Shown here: piece by piece, positions 22,904 through 36,373 of the stretch
Numbering within the stretch: position 1 is the stretch's first letter
Layout of the letters: each line of letters begins with the position of its first letter
Translations under genes and position numbers: made by a program
Assembly (NCBI RefSeq): GCF_022045235.1
Contig: NW_027266279.1
Location: 11,470,001 to 11,534,000, forward strand
Reading direction: 5' to 3'
DNA length: 64,000 nucleotides
Origin: Haliotis cracherodii
Taxonomy: Eukaryota
Notes under the pieces: model-generated
The model's input: only the letters and a program-made list of their open reading frames with translations
Told to the model about the DNA's origin: nothing
Database searches by the model: none

Positions 22904-25294
22904 TCAAAAACCAAAATACGAGGCATTGGTGTCTCCTTGGACAGTATCATTGACCCCTGTGGCTGAGGAGCCTGGGACATTGTCTTGATCAACCGAGGAA
23001 TGGGAGCTGTTCTGTTCATCATGGTCATCTTGTTCATCATGGTCATCTTGTTCATCTTGTTCGTCCTGTTCATCTTGGTCTTCACTGTCACTTTTCTGTT
23101 TCTTCTTCATCTTCTTTCTCCCCTTCCTCCCCGGCTTCATCAGATGGCGAAAGGCGGGAATACCTGGCACAGCATTGTATGTGGCCTTCTCTTTCTCCTC
23201 CACCATATCAGGGTGGCGCTTCTTCATGTGCCAGTTCAACGAAGACTTCTGTCGACATCTATAATCACAGAAGTTGCACTGTACTGGCTTTGAATCTGAA
23301 TGGATTCTCAAATGAACATAGAGGTGTTTCTTGGCCATGAACCCTTTTCCGCACTGTTCGCACTTGTATTTCCGTATTTTGTAATGAGATATGTTCATGT
23401 GAATATCAAGTTCCGTCTTCTTCTTTGATCTAACGTTACAACCTTCGAAAGGGCATGGAAATGACCTTTTCCCAAGATGCACTCTGTCGTAGTGAAGATC
23501 AACAAGTCTTGACAACACAGACTTGTACTTACAACCTTCGAACTTGCAGTAGATGTACAACCCAGCATGCTTCTTCATATGGTTTCGGAAAGATGTTTTA
23601 CTCCCGGAAAGGTAGTTACAAATTGGGCACTTGAGGTCTCCTTCTCTTGCAATGTTGGTTATCCCATGAGCCTCTTCCATGTGGTTTCCCGCCGAGTCCC
23701 ACACTGTGAACGTCATCCCACAGATGTGGCACACACAGTTGTCAAACCGACTTGCACTGGATTCGTACGGATTGTGCACAGCTTTCACATGCCGCTGTAG
23801 TTTAGTAATCAGTGGGGTACTAAATGTACACCTTGTACAATACAGAACTTCCCCATGAGCAGTTTTGCGATGTTCCCGAAAGTCCCCAATGGTACCAAAG
23901 GTCCTACTGCAAACACTGCATCTGTATGGGTGATGGAGGTCCATGTGCGCAACTGCCTTTTCTTTATCAGGAAGAACCTCCTTGCAGTTCTTACACAAAT
24001 ACTCTGTCTCCGACTTCTCCTCAATGATGAGGCTATACAAAGTCTCAGTATCAAATTCCATGGCACCGATTCTGAAAGTTGATGATGTCTCGATCTCCTT
24101 CTTTGCAGGCTTTTCTTTCACTTCTTTTGGAGTCTTCTCAAAAGTCGGACTTGGTTGTCTGTGTACCAAGTCTTCATCCTGACCTAAAATAATACCACCT
24201 TCAACAGTATCCATGGTATCACAAACTGGAATTCCAATGGCTGGTCCAGTGTCAATATGAGTAAACTTTCGGACCAGATCATCGGAAAATGTCACTCTGA
24301 TCCCGGGGCTGTCCTCTTCTTCAGAGTCAGTATTCAAAGCACTATTACTGTAGGACTCATGAGACACCTCAGGGATTTTCTCAGTAGTTCCAGCTTGTTC
24401 TTCAGAACATCCTTCACTTGATGGCCTCCAAGAATTTCTTCCACTTTTCACACTGACTTCTTGAGGAGCCATACATGTTTTCTTTTGATCATCAGCACTG
24501 AAGTCAAATCTAGAGACTGTCGTATGATCAGAGGATGAATCCATCGGACTTATTGACTTTAAATAGTTCTGAATGATGTTGGTAATTTCATGCTTAGACA
24601 CAGCTGATGCTAGTTGTGAAGCTATGGCTGAGGTGTATGGTACTTTCCCATAATAACTTGCAGTGAAGGGGTATTGATCATCACAGAGCATATTGTGGAT
24701 ATCTGCCTGTCTGTTTGAACCTACAGTCTGAACTTTATCACAAATACCTTTTGACAATGACATGCCAGGAACTGTTTGTGTCACTGTAGGTTGAGCATTG
24801 GTCTGGAGAGTTGAGACATTCATAGGGATTGATTGTCCAGGAACCTCTAAAATTATTGGAGGTTGGGAATTTGAGTTTATAACACTCCCAGAGAGCGAAG
24901 ACTTTGGAACATGGGAGGTCATTTGCAGACTAGTCCCTTGTGCAGAATTTCTTAACAAAACACTCTTCCCAAAAGCTGTCATTTGCCCACTGGAGTTCAA
25001 AAGCAAAATGTTTCCCACAGGTTGCCTCTTGACAACAGTGGACATCTTTGGACTTTCAGGTTTGTTCTGAACTGACGGCATGGTCACTGAGAGTGCAGGA
25101 TCGCCAAACAGACCTGTTGATTGCTGGATTAATACTTCTGACTGTTGATTGGAATTTCTTGGTTTTTTTATGCTCATCTTTGTGCCCTTATTTGACGAGG
25201 GCTTGCTGCTTGTCGGTGTGACATACCTGTCCTGTGATTGATCAGTAATGTAGTAATCTGCTCCAAATACATTCAGGTCAGTGTCTTTTTCCAT
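22904..25294 (-). CDS. C2H2 zinc-finger protein, 9 fingers, 796 aa, single coding exon; ZFP91/ZNF653/ZNF692/ZNF276-like C-terminal fingers
   Basis: Nine CxxC/CxxxxC-H-H fingers. The last two (YKCEQCGKGFMAKKHLYVHLRIH, KPVQCNFCDYRCRQKSSLNWHMKKRH) match the CRQKASLNWHMKKH signature of that family. Basic NLS-like KPGRKGRKKMKKKQK and acidic DEQ repeat tail. Likely acceptor at 25607-25608 and upstream donor at 28532-28533. Confidence 0.92.
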   Translation of the reverse strand: MEKDTDLNVFGADYYITDQSQDRYVTPTSSKPSSNKGTKMSIKKPRNSNQQSEVLIQQSTGLFGDPALSVTMPSVQNKPESPKMSTVVKRQPVGNILLLNSSGQMTAFGKSVLLRNSAQGTSLQMTSHVPKSSLSGSVINSNSQPPIILEVPGQSIPMNVSTLQTNAQPTVTQTVPGMSLSKGICDKVQTVGSNRQADIHNMLCDDQYPFTASYYGKVPYTSAIASQLASAVSKHEITNIIQNYLKSISPMDSSSDHTTVSRFDFSADDQKKTCMAPQEVSVKSGRNSWRPSSEGCSEEQAGTTEKIPEVSHESYSNSALNTDSEEEDSPGIRVTFSDDLVRKFTHIDTGPAIGIPVCDTMDTVEGGIILGQDEDLVHRQPSPTFEKTPKEVKEKPAKKEIETSSTFRIGAMEFDTETLYSLIIEEKSETEYLCKNCKEVLPDKEKAVAHMDLHHPYRCSVCSRTFGTIGDFREHRKTAHGEVLYCTRCTFSTPLITKLQRHVKAVHNPYESSASRFDNCVCHICGMTFTVWDSAGNHMEEAHGITNIAREGDLKCPICNYLSGSKTSFRNHMKKHAGLYIYCKFEGCKYKSVLSRLVDLHYDRVHLGKRSFPCPFEGCNVRSKKKTELDIHMNISHYKIRKYKCEQCGKGFMAKKHLYVHLRIHSDSKPVQCNFCDYRCRQKSSLNWHMKKRHPDMVEEKEKATYNAVPGIPAFRHLMKPGRKGRKKMKKKQKSDSEDQDEQDEQDEQDDHDEQDDHDEQNSSHSSVDQDNVPGSSATGVNDTVQGDTNASYFGF

Positions 25295-28200
25295 AGCACA
25301 GTAATGAGGACACCAGGCAACACTATCAAAGTCACATTTTCAAGATAACAACTTTCTGTTCTTTATAAATATCATTTCTGGAGACACATACTGGGTATGT
25401 GCTTCACACAAAACTGACTGATTCATTATTTTCAGAATAAATGCATTTTGTATTTGCTTGGTGCAACCATATTTTCATCATCATCCTGTATGATGTATTT
25501 TCACAAATGGTTGCACAGTCATTCTGTTTCATTGTTTACCTTTGAACAACAAGGCAAACAATCCCTCACATCACTTGGGCCTGAATATTTGGGCACAGGA
25601 TATCATCTGAAATGAAATGAAAAATAACAACTTAGAAAATGAACTGTCTAAAACCATAAAATAAATGAGTGAGTTTTACACCGCTTGCAATATTCCAGCA
25701 ATATCGCGGCAGGGGACACCAGAAATTGGCTCCACACATTGTACCATGTCAGGAATCAAACCTGGGTCTTCGGCGTGACAAGCAAACGCTTTAACCACTA
25801 GGCTACCCGACCACCCCCAAAACCATTAAGAGTGTTAGTGGGTTACACTTTAGCATTATTCCAGCTGTATTTCCTGATAGGACTGATGAACCCATGTTGG
25901 GAATCCTACAGGAATGATGACCCATCAGGAAGAAGTGTTTCAGTGAATTTGGTTTCAGCGAATGTAAACATTGAAGATAATCAAACATTTTCAAAATAAA
26001 GTCAGCACCAACCATAGAAATGAATATGTATTAAATAATTAAATTTAAACAATGTTTCTCTGTGAGGGAGTGAGGGAAAGTTGTTTGACTCTAATTAGGC
26101 TAACCTGCAGCAAGCATGAGAAATGATCAGCCAAATCAATGATCAGTGTTGGGAAGCTCCTCTAACCCAGGTCCTGTACAGTTTTACAGTATTTTCTCAC
26201 AATAAACATCCTGTTGTTGCCAGGGTCAACTCTTAACATTACCAACAGCAGGGATTTATGTATAGGAAAAAGCACCCCTCTGTAATTTTGGTATAAATGG
26301 GTTTAACGCCGCTTTGAACAGTATTCCAGTTATATCACGGCGTGTCAGCTGAATGTGGGGGGAAAACCCGAAGCGATGCAGGTCACAGAAGTATGGTGCT
26401 GACAAACTTAGAAACATCATCAGCGCAAACCGGGATTCGAACCCATAAACACATGTTTCTGGCATACCCAAGGGACACAACTCTGCACAGCGAGTCACAG
26501 TGCCTGAGACGACTGGGCCACCTAATCCCCCAAAACACCTGGGGGGAGACAGGGATCACAATAGCAATATATATCATGTACCGGTGCAATCTATTATTGA
26601 AAAATGCAACCTAACATGTATGTCTATATTTTTTTTATTTCTGACTAACCACTACTTGACCATCAATCTTGCATTCAATAAATTTATCTGAACCAAAGGA
26701 CGAAAGCCTTTTCCTCTCCATAGGTCTGAGGTCCTGTTATCAGTGAAATACAAGTCACCTCTACAAGGCATAGCATTAGTTATTACTAAAAAACATGACT
26801 TGGGAACCTTTAATTCCATTTTTTCTGTATTGTTTTGCTTTTTTATTTAGCAAGAAAATAAATCTATAAATGTAAGCTTGAATCCTATGCCCTAGGTGAC
26901 CTGTTGTGGCTACACCCCCTTTGTGCCTCGATGTATGAAGAAGTCCACAGGCCATGGTGACCACAGCTATGTTAACCAAGTGGGTGTGTAGGTGCTTGTA
27001 CTAGTCCAGACTAGTGCTAATCCACTGATATACCGCTCTATGCACAAGATGCCCCTGTACATTTTACAGCTAGTCAGGAACGGTGAATTTTTATTAATCA
27101 TGACATCCACGTTTCCATGAAAACATTAAATCAGACTGAAATCATTAACACGATGAGAATATCAGGCACCTATCCTGGAAATTAAGTTTTGATGCAAGTT
27201 GATTGAGATGAAATGTGCTTTTCTGCCAAATAAACAAAATACATATTGATGTCCATAAAAAACACAGGCTTTAGAACTGAAATTAAGTTCTAATCTTAGC
27301 TTTTGTACTCTTTGCACTGCACTTCGTCATGTTTCATGATGTTCATTGATGCTCAATAAATAAGGGAAACTACCATATTTCCTCTTTTAGACACCCCTAT
27401 AAATTTCCTCATCCCAAATTCTACAGTCATACGAAAGGTACATAAAATTTGCAGGGAACAGTCATTGTAAATCACCAACACATCAGACTATAAAATAGGT
27501 AACTGTTACGTTAGGCATTCATTAATTTCATCACAGTGTGTGGGAGGAAAGACTGAAGTGATGCAGATCTCAGACGTTTACCACTTTGGTGAAAACCCAC
27601 AAACACAGGTATGGTGCAGAGCACTGCTGACAAACCAAGAAATAAAATCAGGCAAGCTTGAATTCGAACCCACAAAGGAATCTGGCGAGTCGAAGAGACA
27701 CTACACTGCACCGCAATAGTGGTTCCTTAGACAACTGAGCCACCAGTACCCCACAGCTTGTTTAACAACCTATAAGCTCATCTACCATGTGTAGTATTTG
27801 TCTACCTATTCAAATTACTATATTTGGTGCGGTCCAACAATATCTGATTATCCTAATTACACAATTACTATAACTCTCTTTCATAAAGGGCACTTATTAC
27901 AATGTCTAGACCTAAACTATCAATGATGCAGAGTGGAGTGCCATTTAACCAGCTATTTATTATATGAAACAAAAGTGAAGACAAGTTTGAAAACTATCCC
28001 TGCATATAATATAAAGCATCTAAAAGTCTGTTTCACATTTAACCAATGAAACATGAGAAGACATGTGCAGTGTATTAAGCAATTATTCTGTCTCTCTTGT
28101 CAGTTAGTTTACACCAGAACTGATCCTGACAGAATGAATTTGGCACACTCATAATATACACACACAAATATGAATTTATTTCAGAAATAATGCAATTCAT

Positions 28201-29530
28201 AATAAGGTCATATGACGGATGGTGGGTAGTTTATGTCCGCTTCTAACAGTTTAGCTCTACCTCAGTTTGACCAAAGATGGCAACTAGACTCTATTTCCAT
28301 TATTCCGATAGATGCAAAAGCCGATATTCCAAATGAGCGTTCTAAAACTCTAAAATCTTGCTCAGGCGTAATTTTCTATTTTCACTTGCACCATGCACGC
28401 TGAAGGCAGTGAAGCTGTCTGCAAGTCTGAAAATCTTGAATTCAAGATAATGTCACTCGGCTTGTGGCATCCAGCAAAACATTCGCGTTTGAAAAGAAAA
28501 AGCTTGCAAAAATGCAAAAAGAAACTTATCTACCTGCAGCTTTCGCGATTCCTGTAACTGTTGCGTCCTAATGTTTGCACTGGCGATCGAACTTTCGAAA
28601 GATTTATTTTATCCAACAAAAGCATTAAAGACTCTTTCGTGTTTCAAGGAAGATAACTCTAAATTAAGTGCTATTCGGTAATCGGTATACCACTAGTGAT
28701 AAAACTTGTCTCGCCCCCAGACAAGTACATGTATACCGTTCGTTATATTACCGTTGAGATAACATTTAATGGCACGAGTTAATTAAAAATATGACAATTC
28801 AAAATACATGTCCACCGAATAATGTCCTAAATCAGCTATAATAATATTTAAATAACAGTCTATTTAAATTTTGCTTGAGCTACCACTATATATCATGAGG
28901 GGCAGATGCCAGCTTATTATTGATTCAATTTTTTTTTCATTGTTCGCTCGATTCCACTCGACGGGTTGAGCCTGGTGTACTTTGTCGTGATATTGCTAAA
29001 AGAGGCGAAAAACTCACTGATAACCCATACTGGTAGAAAGGTATGTTCATTCACTAAATTAATTTCACATCAAACACATTCTTGATAGGATAATATAGAG
29101 ACAGAACTTTCTTGTAAGGAAGCTTTTACGGTAATGCAGACAAAGATATCAGTAGCATTGGTATGGTTGGTTGGTTGGTTGGTTGGTTGTTTACGCCGCA
29201 CTATTCAGGCTATATGACGGCGGTCTGTAAATAATCGAGTCTGGACCAGACAATCCAGTGATCAATATCATGAGCATCGATCCACGCGAGCCTGACCACC
29301 TAATCCCGTTAGTCGCCTTTTACGACAAACATAGTCACCTTTTACGGCAAGCATGGGTTGCTGAAGACCTATTCTACCCCGGAATCATCTGTATTTCTCC
29401 TACCCAGTCACAACATGGCTCCTTGCCCACCTTGGCTGATATACCCTGGAAGATATCCTTGATATTGGTATGGTGAGGTGAGGCGAAACGGGATTTAACG
29501 ATGAGTCCAAGACGCGTGCGTGCGTGCTTA

Positions 29531-30365
29531 AGTGAGTGAGTGTGCTTGTACTTATGCCGGTTTTTAGTGCTAGCCGGGTGAGTGAGTGTGCTTGTAGTAG
29601 TGGCGGTTTTTAGTGCTAGCCGAGTGAGTGAGTGTGCTTGTAGTAGTGCCGGTTTTTAGTGCTAGCCGAGTGAGTGAGTGTGCTTGTAGTAGTGCCGGTT
29701 TTTAGTGCTAGCCGAGTGAGTGAGTGTGCTTGTAGTAGTGCCGGTTTTTAGTGCTAGCGGAGTGAGTGAGTGTGCTTGTAGTAGTGCCGGTTTTTAGTGC
29801 TAGCCGAGTGAGTGAGTGTGCTTGTAGTAGTGCCGGTTTTTAGTGCTAGCGGAGTGAGTGAGTGTGCTTGTAGTAGTGCCGGTTTTTAGTGCTAGCCGAG
29901 TGAGTGAGTGTGCTTGTAGTAGTGCCGGTTTTTAGTGCTAGCGGAGTGAGTGAGTGTGCTTGTAGTAGTGCCGGTTTTTAGTGCTAGCCGAGTGAGTGAG
30001 TGTGCTTGTAGTAGTGCCGGTTTTTAGTGCTAGCGGAGTGAGTGAGTGTGCTTGTAGTAGTGCCGGTTTTTAGTGCTAGCCGAGTGAGTGAGTGTGCTTG
30101 TAGTAGTGCCGGTTTTAAGTGCTAGCCGAGTGAGTGAGTGTGCTTGTAGTAGTGCCGGTTTTTAGTGCTAGCCGAGTGAGTGAGTGTGCTTGTAGTAGTG
30201 CCGGTTTTTAGTGCTAGCCGAGTGAGTGAGTGAGTGTGCTTGTAGTAGTGCCGGTTTTTAGTGCTAGCAGAGTGAGTGAGTGTGCTTGTAGTAGTGCCGG
30301 TTTTTAGCGCTAGCGGAGTGAGTGAGTGTGCTTGTAGTAGTGTCGGTTTTTAGTGCTAGCCGGGT
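29531..30365. repeat. About 18 x 46-bp minisatellite inside a SINE-D copy
   Basis: Unit gagtgagtgagtgtgcttgtagtagtgccggtttttagtgctagcc, period 46. Confidence 0.97.
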
Positions 30366-31300
30366 GAGATACCAAGCCGCTCCTTCACATGGATACCCTT
30401 CTCCGACACAGAAAACTGAATCTGAGCCGACCATTCCTTTTTATGCGAGTTATAACAACAGAATAACAACATGTACCATTCTTTTGGAACGACGCGGCCA
30501 GGGATTAAACCACCGAACTTCCGCTCGCAGAGGAGACTCTCTGTTCACTGGGCCATGGAGGCGGTCGTACAATCAGTATACATAAGCAAGGTAAAGCAAC
30601 GCCGCTCATCCGTTAGTGAGTGAGTGAGTTGGGTTTAACGCCGCTTTTAAAAGTATTCCAGTCATATCGCGGCGTGTCAGCTTAATGTGGGAGGAAAGCC
30701 CGAAGTGATGCAAGTTTCAGACGTTTACCACTTCGGTGAAACCCACGAGCACTGGTATGGTGCACCTAGAAACATAATCGGGGCGAACCGGGATTCGAAC
30801 CTACAATCACAGGTTCCTGGCGTGCCCAAGGGACGCAACTTTGCACAGCGAATCGTGGTGCCTTGGACGACTGGGCCACCCGTGCCCCCCTTATCCTTTA
30901 GCCTCGGGGTGAGTGAAAATTTGTGCTACTGGGGATAACTTGTATTATATGACCAAATCTAGTTGAGTTCCGAAGTCCACTGGTTTGAAATGAACACTGG
31001 AATGGTTGTGTTTAACTCATGGTGTCTACCTCAATGTTGACTTATTATCAAAAACTTGAGAACTCATTAGAGAAGTCAGGTTCAGAATGTGCATGTATGA
31101 GATGAAAACAACATATTTTTAAACAACTATTCATTTAATTTTATTCAACATCTGTGTTTTTCTATATATATTATAGATCAAATGGTAAACATTGTAAATA
31201 CAACAGTAACAAAGTTGAAAATATATTTTTGTATAGGTAAATGTAAAGTTTTCCCAAACGTTCCATTGTAAAAAGTACTCAGGAACAGAACAAGTCCATA

Positions 31301-31543
31301 CAGTAGAACCCCGCTTATCCGGGCACTAGCGCTTTTCAAGGAATTGTCCTGATAAACGAATATAATGTTTTCGTTTTGCATTAAACTTGTCCGATGTGCA
31401 GGGTTCCGGATAAGTGGAATTGGGACAAGCGGTGTTCCAATATGCATCGGAAATTTTAAATTATTTTTTGGTTTTCTTTTTAAAACTTTTCCCGTTTGCG
31501 GGGTTTCAGGCTAAGCTGGATTCGGGCAAGCGGGGTTCCACTG
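31301..31543. mobile_element. Tc1/mariner (pogo/Tigger-like) MITE
   Basis: TIR CAGTAGAACCCCGCTT/AAGCGGGGTTCCACTG; left flank TA. Confidence 0.8.
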
Positions 31544-32220
31544 TGTATGATAAAAATATGCAAGCACCTTGTAAAATAGTTTTGCGCTCAACAGGTATTG
31601 GTCTCATGCATAACCAACACACATCTTTTTATAAATGACTCTCACATGTGCATTAATAATCAAAACAGCACTATAATACACCGGGAATCCAAATATAGAC
31701 AAAATGTATGTAAATATTGTTCCTTTCCCATCTCTGGACGTGAGTGCATTCGCCTTGCAACGCACCCAGTCGGGGACGCGGAGCCATTCCAAACAAGCAT
31801 TTCACAGATACATTACTGCCCTCTGTTTCAAAGGGTTCTTTTGTGCATCCTTGGTCGGTATAGCGTTAATAGACGAGGAGAAACTTAGAAATTAAATTTC
31901 AGCCTTGTAGTTCGGAGGTACGGAGATTTTACCTGTAGGGGTGGGGGATGAGTAGACAAGGGAGACTGTACAAAGATCTGACTCCGTGAGTAGACGGATC
32001 GATTGATTGACGGACGGATGGATGGATGGATGGATTGATGGATATACAGAATGGATGAAAAGAAACGATTCGGATGATTGACGGAAGCCGTTAGTGATAT
32101 GCGCATGAGGTTTGACTTTGTTGAAGGTTGATGTGTCTGATAAGACAACAGACGTCAGATATCTATATTGAAAATGTACATTATAAATTCATCCATCCAT
32201 GTTTACTAGTCGATCCACCT

Positions 32221-34925
32221 TTAATCACGAGACACCCTTGTCCCTTGCAGATCCCGAGACTTGCGACCAATATCCTGCACACCCTGGCGGGGAAGCCGAA
32301 GACTATCCACAGAAGTCGCACCACGGATTGGTGGTAAGGCCAGTGGAATTCTGCTCTGTCGTCTGCTGGGAGCATTTCTCCGTGGACCTGTTGGAGGAGT
32401 GGGGACCATTGTCCCGAGTTGTGGCAGATGAACCGAAGATTTGCTTTGTTTCTTCTCAGGTGATTCAGCTGTCGTCTTCTTGTGAGGTGTGACCGTTTTG
32501 TTGTTCTCTGTGATAGGCGGCAGATGAGGCCGATCCTCCCTGGACCTGCCAGTGTATGGGCGTCGTCTGGCTGATCCCGCCCGGCCATTATCGGGAGCTG
32601 TGGGAGGTCTTGGAGCTATTGCCTCTCTCATGTTCTCAACATCCGGAAATTCCTCATTCTCAATCCCTTCCCCTTCCATGTTCTTCCAGGTTTTCCTCAG
32701 AAAATTGTTGTCCAGAACAGTCTGGAAATAAGAGGCCCTCAGCCGCTTGTTTTCATCTTGGAGGGAATGCAACCTGTCAATGACCTTCTTCAGTGGCTGG
32801 TTTTTGTCCAGACGCGTCTTCAGTCCCAGAATCTTCTCCTGGTTTTTGTCCCAGTTCCGCTTGTAGTTGTCGTACTCTACGTGGTAGAATTCGGCGTTCT
32901 TCTCAATCCGGGCATTTCTTCTCTGCATCACACGGAGTTGTCTTCCCACCTGTTCCATTTCCATTTTGTAGTCTGCAGCGAGACTCTGAAGGTGCTTCAT
33001 GAAGCTGTAAGAGCAGACGGGGATGTTTTCAACAGATTTGTTGGCAACGTGAAGACAGGTCTTAATTATTTCTGGTTATTGCTCAATGAAAAGAATAAAC
33101 ATTTAATAATCAACAGACATGTGGGCGTAAGATAAGTCTTAATTATTGTTTGATTGTTGCTCAGTGAAACAAATGAACTATGGATATTTTACGACCGAAT
33201 GTGACATCCAAAACTTAACGTGACACATTAACATGGTTTTGTAGGTTTTAATGAAACATTATATTAACGAAAATAAACTGTTTCTAAATTTATACGCTTA
33301 ATTTTTTATTTTGATAAAATATAATGTGTATTAATTCCAAACTAATGTATAACACACAGATTGAATATTCTGAATATGACACAGAATTAACATTTAATGG
33401 TCGTTCTGTCTGCCAATCTCTATGTAATACTGCCTACGATGCCTACCATTCCTCTTCGCTGAGTTTTGGGTTTTCTGGTCTCTCTGGACTTGCGTTGAAA
33501 GCATCTGCTTGAAACAAAACAATGACCGGTGAAATAAATTAGAGAATTTCATCAACTAGATACATGTACTAAAGTATTTTTAATGAAGAACACGCAGTTG
33601 TATGTTTCTTTTTAAAAAAAGTATCGTCTCAACCGTATGGATATTAGTACCTTTAGTCTCTTTCATGATTGCCGTAATATTTCAACGAATATGTGCTTCT
33701 AGTGAGTGAGTGAGTGAGTATGGTTTTACGCCGCTTTTAGCAATATTCCAGCAGTATGACGGCGGGGTCACCAGAAATGGGATTCACACATTGTACCCAT
33801 GTCGGGAATCGAACCCAGGTCTTCGGCGTGACGAGCGAACGCTTTAACCACTAGGCTACCCGACCGCCCCATATGTGTTTCTAATGCACTCAACCGCTGT
33901 TACAGGGCGCATAGAAATTATTTCATCGAGATTTACGCTTAAGCCATAGACAGACCCTTATAAACTTAATATGAAATTAAGTAAGGATAGATAACACCGT
34001 TATCAAACAAGTGATATACAGTGCAAGGTAGACAATTATATATACAGGTCGGAGGCAATGTTTATACAGTAGAGTAGATATCAGATGTAGTTATACTTGA
34101 TTAGTGAAGCCTGATATGTACACAAGGGTAGTCATGACATTACCGGCGAAGTCAGTAACATAAATTTTTTTAAAAACTACAAAAAGCCATCAACATCAAA
34201 AGACTAAAAACGTCGATCAACCGTGACCAAGAAATTGTTAACCTTCACAAAGAGATATTCGGAAATGTACCAATTCATAAATGCTATCAAAAAAGAGAAC
34301 ACAATGTTGTGGATAAGCACCATAAAGGAAGGATTTTAAGTGAGTGAGTGAGTATGGATTTACGCCGCTTTTAGCAATATTCCAGCAATATCACAGCGGG
34401 GAACACCAGAAATGGGTTTCAAACATTGTACCCATGTCGGGTAACCGCTTTTACAACTAGGCTGCCCGACCGCCCCAGGAGGGATTTTGAACTGGTACGA
34501 TGTGTCTTGTACTGCATCTCGTTTTACAAGCAGATGACAGCTGTTCATTTCGAGAGCAAAAATATGAAGACTTTTAAACTGCTCTTTTATATTGTGTTCA
34601 TTTGTTATATTAGCTGATATTAATCTCTGTACATGAGAAAATACCTCGTAATTCATACACAACATAATGCGGTTATAACGATGACAATACAATGACGTAA
34701 CAAATAATGCTGGGTAATATTGCTTTGGATTGTAATTGTCACTTCACAATACACCGTAGATCTAAAAATTGCGTCCATATAATTAGACATTTTAATATAT
34801 TAATTTCAACAACATTACTTACCACTGACAGGCGTAGGAGATCGGGACTCTTCGGGCAACTCCGGGATGGGAGACAGAACCTGTGTCCCGGCTCTCATGG
34901 CTATTCTGCGAAGCAACCGACCCAT
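32221..34925 (-). CDS. Uncharacterised coiled-coil / Pro-Arg-Ser-rich protein, paralog B; coding exons 34925-34823, 33504-33447, 33004-32221 (314 aa)
   Basis: Inverted copy of 8499-10968 with the same exon structure: MGRLLRRIAMRAGTQVLSPIPELPEESRSPTPVSD-AFNASPERPENPKLSEEEC-FMKHLQ...RDLQGTRVSRD. Confidence 0.85.
33702..33870 (-). mobile_element. SINE family A (tRNA-derived, about 165 bp, (ACTC)n tail), full-length copy
   Basis: A box TAGCCTAGTGG, B box GTTCGATTCC, GTC anticodon-like loop; 13-bp TSD atatgtg(c/t)ttcta. Other copies at about 16093-16263, 18698-18854, 25666-25818, 34339-34476, 35809-35925, 44084-44244 and 49693-49853 (all -). Confidence 0.9.
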
Positions 34926-35938
34926 CTGAAAAGAACAAGAAGAAATATAAACTATTTTGAACTTGTGAGTAGAAACATATATGAAAATATATGATAATTC
35001 TATGTGTTGAAAGAAAGGAAAATTTCGAATTAGCGTTGGACCAGTAATCTCCCCGACAGAACTTCAATGATAATATCCCACATTCAAGGTCATTGGCTTC
35101 AACATCAGCAAAGTTCTGTTTATATTTGAAGAATCTATCAATAATGTAAAGGCAAAAAATAGACAGGAGACATGAATAATCGCTAGTCCGCCTGAAACAT
35201 GAATGTACACGAGACGGTAGACACACAAGGTAGCTTCCGCCGCCATGCTGTATCATAGGATAAAGTGGGATTAAGCCAATGAATTAATTTTACTGTACAT
35301 AAACTGTTTTATTGTGGGAACTGTATTATTTGAACAGATTGCTTAATATTAATTATATGTCACTCCCTCACAAGACACTAAGAATAATATTATTGTATAA
35401 TGATTTCAAATCTTTATATCATGTATACACATTTGTGGATATTTGTTTATATACAATAGTGCGATATATTTGCTTTGTTGGGTTAATTTTGTTTGTTTGT
35501 TGTTTAACGCCGCACTCAATATTATTCCAGCTATATGTAAATAATCGACAAGACAGTTCAGTGATTGACCCCATGAACATTGATCAGGGTGATTGGTATA
35601 CGATGACATGCATCAAACAAGTCGAATAGTCGCCCCTTGCGACAAGCGTGGGTTGCTGAAGACCAATTCTAATCTGGATCTTCACGGGAGAACTCGTGAT
35701 GTTCACAGCCATGATATCCGTATCCCAAACTGACGTGCTGGCAATAACTGAAGTACACATGTAGCTTCAAAACACGTGATGTTTTGAATTGTGTGTCCTG
35801 AAGTACTAAGTGAGTGAGTGGGTATGATTTTACGCAGCTTTTAGAAATATTCCAGCAATATAACGATGTGGGGAAGCAGACCTATGAAGTGACGAATGAA
35901 CGCTTTAACCACAAGGTCCCACCGTCCAAGTGCAGACT

Positions 35939-36292
35939 AGCCGCCTCCGTGGTCTTGTGGTAGAGCGCCCGCCCGGAGAGCGAAAAGTCCGGGGTTCGAT
36001 CCCCGGCCGCGTCATACCAATAGACGTTAAAAGATGGTACTTGTTGTTACCTTGTCTGGCGCTCGACATTAAGGGGCTAAAACAAGGACTGGTCGGCTTG
36101 GAGTCAGTATACTGTGTCTGAGTGGGGTATTCATGTTACACTGCGGCATGGTATCTCAGTGAGCTAGCACTATAAATCGGCATCAGCCCGGACTAGTACA
36201 AACAGCCACACACACACGTGCATGCACGTCGCTATATAAGTGCAATAATATTGGACTCGACGTTAAACCTAATTTCACCTCACCTCACCTCA
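35939..36292 (+). mobile_element. SINE family D (tRNA head, Meta/MESC-like central domain, (CACCT)n tail), intact copy
   Basis: A and B boxes (TGGTCTTGTGG, GTTCGATCCC); perfect 13-bp TSD ccaagtgcagact. Second copy at 55021-55368; diverged third copy at 29472-30566 (-). The Meta/MESC assignment is from recalled similarity only. Confidence 0.88.
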
Positions 36293-36373
36293 CCAAGTGC
36301 AGACTGAACAAGTGATTCTGTTTTTGGTTTCATTAATTCCTAAGAAATAAAACCTCTTTATATAAAAACTTAC

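Noticed and set aside
22843-25070. Overlapping or antisense ORFs on the ZF, LRR and coiled-coil genes
   Set aside because: Shadow frames of real coding sequence with no independent features.
34819-35256. 145-aa and 60-aa minus-strand ORFs in paralog B intron 1
   Set aside because: Not present in paralog A, overlap the true exon in another frame, and show no recognisable domain.
35939-36012. tRNA-like sequences here and in SINE A/B heads
   Set aside because: They continue into SINE bodies with tails and TSDs and have imperfect cloverleaves, so they are not tRNA genes.
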